DNA of 64,000 nucleotides, taken from Yuukianura sp. NJ FZ-2021. Taxonomy: Eukaryota. The notes under the pieces were generated by a model. That model was not told where the DNA came from and did not search any database. It saw only the letters and a program-made list of their open reading frames with translations. Where the stretch lies: contig CM102288.1 in assembly GCA_046563655.1 (NCBI GenBank), positions 310,001 to 374,000 of the forward strand, given 5' to 3'. The position numbers and the translations under genes were made by a program. Positions 56,001 to 64,000 of this stretch are shown here, piece after piece (position 1 is the first letter of the stretch; every line of letters begins with the position of its first letter).

Positions 56001-59000
56001 TGGTAGAAACTTTTGCCTTCAACCCTCAGTATATTATTGAGCTGGACACACCGGATGAAGGAGATGAAGATGGAAAGTGTACTGTAATCATTGCTCTCAT
56101 GCAGAAAAACAGAAGAGCCCAAAGAAAACTTGGAGTGGAGTGCCTTACAATTGGATTTTGCATTTACCATGTAAGCTAACTTTTCAAAATTTCATTCCAA
56201 AAAAAGTTTTGAAAAGCTCTCAGCACCACTTTCACCCTAACAAATGATACGGGATTGTTCAACCCTCAAAAATCCATTGTTATGAAAAGGCTCGGCTTTT
56301 CCCTTTGTGGGAAAAGTTAAGAGAAAGTTTTGAACTTTTGGAGGACAAAGGAGAAAAGTTGTGTGTTCGGCCGGACGCTAGCTTTTAGATGAGAATATAG
56401 TTACTCCCTCCACTGCTTTTGAGATGAACATAGTTACTCCCTTCTCAATCCACTTGGAACTTTCGTAGTTTTGGCCACAAACCACAAGACACAGCCAGGA
56501 GTTGTCACCAGTTAATTCATTGTTAGGTTATGTTGTTAACTTGGGAACTTAGTTCCAAAGCCTAAAAGCTCTGTTAATGACAATAGTAAATCCTTTGTTT
56601 GCAGTTGAAGAACCCCGAGAGTCTGCCTAAGCCACTGCCCATGAAGTTCTTCAAGTACAGTGCCTCGGTGGCTAGGTCACCTACGTTCATTAACCTCAGA
56701 GAAGTGAGCTGTAGGTTCAAACTGCCCATGGGAACTTACTGCATCGTCCCATCTACTTTCGAACCCAATGAAGAAGGAGACTTTATCATTCGCGTCTTCT
56801 CAGAAACCAAAACTAACATGAAGTAAGTTCGAAAAAAGTTGGAGAAAGTTTTGGAAAAAGTTTCCGCTTCTCCACCGTTTAAAAAATAGCGTTAATGGTT
56901 GGATTCTTGTGCATGAGTGCCCAGGTTTTCTCTTCGTCCGTTTGCTTTTTACGTTTACGGTTTTTAACGTTTCACTCATTTTCCATTTTTCGCTACTTTT
57001 CTTTTCTTTAATTTGGTTTTCCCCCAGTTCAATTAACTTTCACCACATTTATAATTTTGTTGTTTGCAAACCATTTTTAATTGAAACTTGAAATTTTCCG
57101 TGATATCATCTACCGATGACCATAGCTTTATGTTTTTGTTTTGAAGATTTCATGTTTTGTTAAGATAAGAGAAGAGTGATGAAGGGCGTGGTCGAAGTGT
57201 GCGGTGTCATGTCTGATACTTCTTCCACGATCTTTTTGCGTGTCAGTTTGATACTCACTGAACAGTGGTCTTAAATTTCAAAAAATGGAACAAGGAATTT
57301 GTTCAAAATGATCGAAAAAGTTCTGCTGTTGCGAACTTTCTGCAAATGTGAAACTATTTTATTCTCTCAAATACTTTTTCCTGAAATCCGAACTTGCAAA
57401 TGCAATTGTAAACCATTTACTCACATTCCTTTGTTTTCTTTTTTCTTTCAGAGAGAATGACAGTGGTGTTGGAGTGGGCGAGGTGGACAGTCGGGTAAGA
57501 CTTTTTATGATAACAATAAAATACTATGTAATTTATTTTATATACATTCTTGAATGACTTTTTATGAAAATCAATTTGTTTCCTGTTTACAACGTTATTT
57601 ACTAAGACATGTTCTTAACAAAGTCTGAAATGTAAGTGAGGAAGAATTGGAGGGAGAAAGTAGAAGTGAAAGTGGATTTGAAATTGGATGGCTTCGTACT
57701 ATCTGTTGTATTTCCTTGGTAATGTGATTCCAAGGAAAGCGGGAAGATGGGTTTCTGTCAATAGAGAATTAGGAAGGAGACAGGTAAGGATACAACTATC
57801 TCAAGATAAAGGGATATCCTGAAGTAAGAGATAAATTTGAGGCGGGAGGAAGAGGATGTTCTTATTATTTATCTTTCACTTTCAATCAGATGAAAAACAA
57901 GAAATGCTCAGCTACTTTCGCTTACTATACGAATTTGACAAAAATGTAATTTATTCTTCCAATTTTCTTGGAAGAAGCAGTCAAGAGAAATTGAACTGCC
58001 AAAAGTTTTATTTTTCTTAAAAGAAATCAAAAAAATTTGGGTTAAACCTGGTTCACAGTCGCTCAACTTTTTATCCTTACAATGACAAACTTGCAACAAA
58101 AAAACCAGGTTTATTTTTTCAAATAATTAATTTTTGCAGGAAGCAGAACAAGTACTAGTTTATTAAATTAAATATTGAAGAAACATTATTTTTATTAATA
58201 TTTCAAAAGATCAGTCAAGCTTTTCCGCTCCCAGTTCTTTCATCTTTTTGGTTTTTTGCTGCCAGGAGAAAGTATAGTACCCGCCTCAAGTCAAAGTTCG
58301 GCTTTTCAATTCTCTACTTATTATCCCAAATCCTCGAAGGTTCCATAGAGTACGTTAATAGTTGACTTTTTCATGAACAAGAAAAAAACGTGCTTTCTCC
58401 GTGTAATTGGTTCTAGAGATCTTGTTCTGGACAGATTAAAAAGGCAAATCGATTTTTGGCAATCCGGCTTAACTTCCGATTGAAAACGAGAAAGCGAAAA
58501 GCTGGGTAAACCATTTCCGATGGAATAGTATGAAGAGTAATTTCAAAAATTTCTGACCAAGCCAAGTAAACTTAGAATGGATAGCTCTTTCCTTTATTCG
58601 CTCTTCTCCTGTAGACTCTGATCTACAAAATGGGCGGCGATGGTAGAAGAATTACTTTTTTTTCATCGTTAATTTTTCGCTGTGAAAAGAGCAAAAAAGG
58701 AAGCGCGGATTTTGAAAAGAAAATAAATGGACACAAAGAGCGCGAATTTGTGGGATCTTTTGAGAGTTTGTTCAAGATGAGGTCTAATTTATATGTTCAA
58801 CTCCCTGAGCTTTCTCTTTTTCTTTTTTCAAAATTAAAAGAAAATTGTGTGAGACAGGCTTAACTCAAAGGAGGTTCCACTGGGAACCAGGCTTAGCATA
58901 AATTTCAACCAAAAACGAAAGTTACGGTTAAAATTTGGAAACCTTCAGGGTTAAAGTTAGTATTCTTGTTCCCTCGAGAAAAAGTGCGTGTATGGTTTAA

Positions 59001-62000
59001 GTGACATTTTGGGACAGTGTGAACCAGGCTCTGTTTTAACTTAAATCATAAAGTAGGAGACTTTAACGTTGACAAGTGATTAGCTCCGTCTGGTTCATAG
59101 TTAAGGCTTTCAAGTTTATACTTTTGTAAAACACTCTCTGTTTTCCCCGCTCCTTTCTGCACTTTGAGTTAAAGAAATAGTGAAAGTCAAGACCATAATT
59201 TATATTCCCAGAGGGGAAAGGAAAGGAGTGAAAGAACGCACAGATGTAAAAAGGAAAAGAAAATTCTCTCGCTTTTTCGTTTTCTTTCTCTTTTTCTCTT
59301 TTTTTTTTTTTTTGAAAAGCGAGAAAGATTTATAGTACAGGTTTATTCGTTCTGTATGGAGGGGTAATAACGACTTTCACTAATAATTATTTTTATCTTA
59401 TAATTAAAATTTTTTTCCTTAAAATAAAAAAAAAGATTACAAAAAGAAAAAAAAAAGTTTTGAAAAAAAATTTTTTTTTGTATTTAAAAAATAATTTTTG
59501 TACTTAAAAGTATTTTTCTAAATTAGAAATATTTTTTATATTTAAAAAAAAGTTCTTTAAAAAAGTATTTTTTAGTTATAAAGTTTTTTTTTTGTATAAA
59601 AAAAACTTTATTTTTGACGGAAGAAATATAAATGTGGAGCACTGTGAGAAAACTTTTTTTTTTTAAAAAGAAAAAATTTTTCTTTGGGATTGTGTCGTCA
59701 CAAGCCAGGATTCGGTGCACCGCGGTGGCCACTTGTGTTCTCCCAATTGCATACCACGCGAGTCCACTGTTGTCGGTTTTGAAATTCAGAGAGGGCAAGG
59801 CAGTTTTTTCTCGTACCTTGGGAGCAAGGGGTGGGTGGTCCTAATGCTCGGTAGACAATAGACTTGCATAGAGCGTAGGTAGCGCTAGTCTGGCGGAAAG
59901 AAGGAGAAACACACGATATCAGCAATAAAAGGGGCCAGAATTGATAACGCTGGAAAGAAAAAGATGTTTCTCATTCTTTCCGACAGACTAGAGCCACCAA
60001 CACTCCATGCAAGTCCAATGTCCACCGAACATGTGGACCACCCACCCACCCCTCTGCTGCTCCCAGTCCCAGGCACGAGAAAAAAGTGCAATGACGGCGT
60101 GGTCCTCCTTGAATTTCAAAACCGGCAACAGTGGACTAGCGTGGTATGCAATTGGGAGAACACAACTGACCACCGAATCCTGGCTTATGACGATGCCCAC
60201 CGAATCCTGGCTTATGACGTCACAGTTCCAACTTCAGAAAGAAAAGTTTTTCTCTTTTTTCATTTAAAAAGTTTTTTTTTTCACAGTGCTCCACATTTAT
60301 ATCTTTTCGGTCAAAAATAAAGTTTTTTTTATACAAAAAAAAAAAACTTTATAACTAAAAAATACTTTTTTAAAGAACTTTTTTTTAAATATAAAAAAAA
60401 TATTTCTAATTTAGAAAAATACTTTTAAGTACAAAAATTATTTTTTAACTACAAAAAAAAAATTTTTTTTCAAAACTTTTTTTTTATTTTAAGGAAAAAA
60501 TTTTTAATTATAAGATAAAAATAATTATTAGTGAAAGTCGTTATTACCCCTCCATAGTTCTGGTTGAAATGGAAAACCTTTAAAAAGTTTTTCTTTCAAA
60601 CCAAAAATGGATGCATACATATCGATTTCCCAAACTTAGAATAGAATCAGAAACTAAAAATTACTTTTGAAAAAAACAAAAACAAAAAACGACAGCACTG
60701 AAGACTAACCTCCACTTTCCTCGTAAATTTATAAATCAGTGAGGCGATTCCGATCCAGAGATCTGTACGAATCGTGCTATTTATAGTTAACTAAATTTAT
60801 TAAAAATTACACAGCGTTGAGAATATCCAATCCAAAATTTTGAAATTCCGTTTTTAGTTGTTTTTAATCGTGAATTTTTACTCCATCAAAATAGAAATGA
60901 AGCTACACAGAAATAAGGCGTTTGAGTTTCGTGTTAAAAATTCATCAAATTTTTCCGTTGCAAGCGAATTTAGACTTCATTTTAAGCCATTTTCGTCGTA
61001 AAAGGACTAAAAAGCGTTCCAAATTCGGACTAAAAGGGACTATAGAAGTCTAAATTTGAGCGTTAGAGCCACTAAATTGGAGAATGAGTTATTCGTTGGA
61101 GTTGAAATGAAGAATAGGTCCAATTGGAGTGTAATAAATTTAGTTTTATGCTAATGACACTTCCAGTTACTCCAGTTCAAGGGTTAGGCAGAGGAGAAAG
61201 TACAGTGAATGGCCTCCTAAATTCCCGCTTTCTTCTGAGATTATTCTGGTTCTGGAAGGAGGAATGGAATGATCCACAATGGAATGATCCACAATGGAAC
61301 GCTTTCCTCTTTACACAAAAGTGGAATGGAGAAATGACTTGGAAATTTGTTTCCTTCCGACAAAGTTTGGAGAAGGAGAAAGTCGTTTCTTCCGTGAAGT
61401 AACTCAACTGGATTTCATTAGTTTCCAAATGGGACAAAAAAAGAGGAGGAATGGAGAAAAAAGTTATGGGAAATGGGTTAAAAAGGAGAAAGTTTTATTT
61501 CAATTTCCCTAGTTTCAGGTTTTTAATAACTTTCAAAATGTGGATAAAAGTTTTTGTTTCCTCTTCGAAATTTTTTTTGAAGATTTGTTCATATTTTGTT
61601 AACTTTTTAAAAGCGAAGTTTTTGTTTTTGGTGAAAGAAAGATTTCTGAAGTTTCAATTTTCTTTTCCAAGTTGTCAATTGTGGATTTATGGAGTTAGTT
61701 CTAACTTTCTCGACTTTCTTCACTTTTTTTTTTCGAAAAAAGAGAGAAGTTTTATTTATTGGAAAAACGTTTCCGACTGGGATTGAATTGTAAACCTTCA
61801 CTGTGAAAAAAACTTAAATACTTCACTGCACCTTTCCAAATTTTTTTTGCAGATTTGCAAATTTTGTAGACCCATAGGCTGTACCTCTCTTCATGTTTAT
61901 TAATTTGTAGTTAGTTGATGCTTTTTCACACATCTGTGTTCTAATTTAGGCAAATAACACTGTTGGTGGTGGTGCTAAAAAGAGCAAAGACGTAAGTAGT

Positions 62001-62638
62001 AACCCAGCAATTGCAACTGCTTCAGCTTTTCGCAATTTCTCTCACATTTCTCAAAATTTCTCAAATTTTTAAAGTTCTGTGCTTCTTTTCGTCAGTTGAA
62101 ACATTTTGAACTGTGTTTACAGGAGGTTTTCAATTTTAGCTTTATAGTTCGGAGTTACTGATCATTTCTGTTCATTCAGAAAACTGATCATTTGGCTCGA
62201 GTTTGATTTTGTCGCTTTTCTCTTCTCTGCTTACTATTTTGCTGTTGACCTTTTTGCTGTTGGTAGTTTACCGTTACGCCTGTGTCTCAGTTTTGTCTGT
62301 GGCAACTTGTCAATTTGTCAAATATAAGCCATTTTTGTCTTCACTTTCTTTGACTACTCTGCCGTGCCGAAGCATTGATTTTTCGGAATTTTTACTTCAT
62401 CATTCCAATTTCTCTTCAATGTTTCAGTTGTAAAATTGGATTTTCTTGTTTCTTAAAACTTAAAAAGAGAGTTTATCTAAGTTTTTTCTTCTCAAAATTT
62501 TGTAGGTGAAGGAACCGGAGCCTGTTCAAGACGAAGCTGCTCGACGCGTTCAAGAATTTTTTAAAACTGTGGCTGGAGAAGACTTGGAAGTGGACTGGGC
62601 TGAACTCAAAGAAGTTTTGGACTTGGCAATGAAAAGAG
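50046..62638 (+). CDS. Classical calpain (CalpA/CalpB-like), 3' end beyond window
   Basis: Candidate first exon 50046-50081 ([12 protein letters not shown]), then IGERGSG. Catalytic triad motifs QGELG|DCW, GH|AYS and RNPWG. C2-like domain ([24 protein letters not shown]). First EF-hand exon at 62506-62638. Confidence 0.93.
59355..60556. mobile_element. Foldback-type non-autonomous element (about 1.2-kb palindrome) with 6-bp TSD
   Basis: Ends TATGGAGGGGTAATAACGACTTTCACTAAT... and ...ATTAGTGAAAGTCGTTATTACCCCTCCATA. GTTCTG at 59349-59354 and 60557-60562. The arms pair inward to a spacer at about 59912-59963. Confidence 0.9.
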
Positions 62639-64000
62639 GTAATCTCATCAACTTTCTTCTTTTTTGAACTTTCTTCAGTAGCGCGCCTTTTTTACGTTTC
62701 TCAAACCGTCGAAACTTGTAACGGTCCATCACTCATTCATAAGCACCGTTCAAGCGTCAGAGAGAAGCGCCGCTTCCTCCGAACCGTAAAAGTCACAAAG
62801 TCAAAGTTACAAAGTTGGGAACTTTTGTAAATTTCCTGTTCCAACTTGAAATTGTCCCTCAGCAAAAGTTGAACTTTGCCGCCTTCCGTCCATTCCGCTC
62901 CAACTGAGCCTTGAACAGAGAGATTCATCTTCATTTTCGCTGGAAGTGTCCAAGCTGCCCATTGCCTCCGATCACTCATGCCTGTCGGAGCAGGGAATTG
63001 GGCAGGGGTCAGAGGTCATAAGAAACTTCTTCTCGTGCCAATGTCCGGAACAGACCAATTTTTCACTCTGTCTGGTCATTCGCACTTTGGAAAAGAGTAA
63101 TCAGAAGTAAGCCTATTAGTCCCTGTCCCACCACACGCTTGGCACGAACCACAAACCCATAAAACCAATAAATCAAAACTAAAGTCAGGCTAAATCAATG
63201 AAAAAAAATAAGTCGAGATGCAAAATCGCAAACAGCAAATTGGTAAAAAAAAAAAGGAAAACCGAAATGCAACATTGCAAACACGGGAAATAGGTAAAAA
63301 AAAACTAATTGAAACATGAAATACTAACACTAAACGTAAAAAACCAGCCTAATACTAACTAGGGAGAAAAAGAACATACGAAAAAGCGAGAATTCCAGGA
63401 AGTGAAAAAAAAAAAATTTAAAATACGAAAATATATTTTTTTTTTCACAAAAACACTTCATGGTTGTAATGTTGGTTTGTTGACCAAGTTGTGTTGACCA
63501 TTTTGCTTCGCAGAGGTATCGAACCCTGGTACCCTGGCAAGGACATTAGCAACTTTATAAATGATGTGGCGGGAAAGGAAATGAAAGAATAGGAAATGAA
63601 CGTTATTTAGTGTGTGAGAAAACGGAGAAAGTGCGGTGAAAGGTGATAAGTAAATTCAATTTAAGTGTGGCTTCACTTCCACCGCCAATTTCGTTCTTAA
63701 GCAACGTTGTTATGCATTCCAACTAGAATTAGTTTTTATCGAAATGTTCTGCATATGCGCGTTGTCAGCCTACGGTTAGATTTTATGGGAGGAATTCGGA
63801 TCTTTGAGAAGCGATGTGGGGAAAGTGGTTAACACTTGATTAATTCCATCAAACAAATGTAGGTCGCCGTTCAAGTGTGAAAGTTCAGTTTCATCAAATG
63901 CAGGCCCAGAATCACAAGTATTCTTCACATTTTAGTATCTAACGCTACACTTCTGGAAAACCAAAAAAGATTTTTTACATTTTAGACAGAACACGCTTTT

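Noticed and set aside
63503..63535. Minus-strand GGTTCGATACC resembling a tRNA T-arm or B box
   Set aside because: No matching acceptor 5' strand, D-arm or anticodon arm. At most a tRNA/SINE-derived fragment.

Overview
This is gene-dense, AT-rich eukaryotic DNA with many short GT-AG introns. It is from an arthropod, and the tandem F-box/LRR genes, WS/DGAT-like gene and compact introns suggest a springtail (Collembola), which is inference only. Gene models were built by eye from splice signals. In order, the window holds: a partial ACBP-like gene, a WS/DGAT-like acyltransferase, three tandem 4-TM paralogs, alkaline phosphatase, two F-box/LRR paralogs plus a deleted third copy, RanGAP, a DEPDC1-like gene, RpL18, a fourth 4-TM gene, fatty acid synthase, ZFAND1, TMEM223, a small secreted protein, a SMYD-type MYND/SET gene, an unknown small gene, and a calpain that runs off the window. 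Highlights: (1) RpL18 intron 2 encodes a U17/snR30-type H/ACA RNA whose 5' domain also carries a hammerhead-like core. (2) A 1.2-kb foldback element with a 6-bp TSD sits in a calpain intron. (3) Perfect AGGTCA DR1/DR0 nuclear-receptor repeats are strongly over-represented, and one perfect EcRE-type palindrome is present. (4) RanGAP has Arg at the position of the vertebrate SUMO-acceptor Lys. (5) A candidate 78-codon cassette exon follows calpain EF-hand 1. (6) RpL18 is flanked by a rearranged duplication. No CRISPR array, rRNA or intact tRNA was seen.
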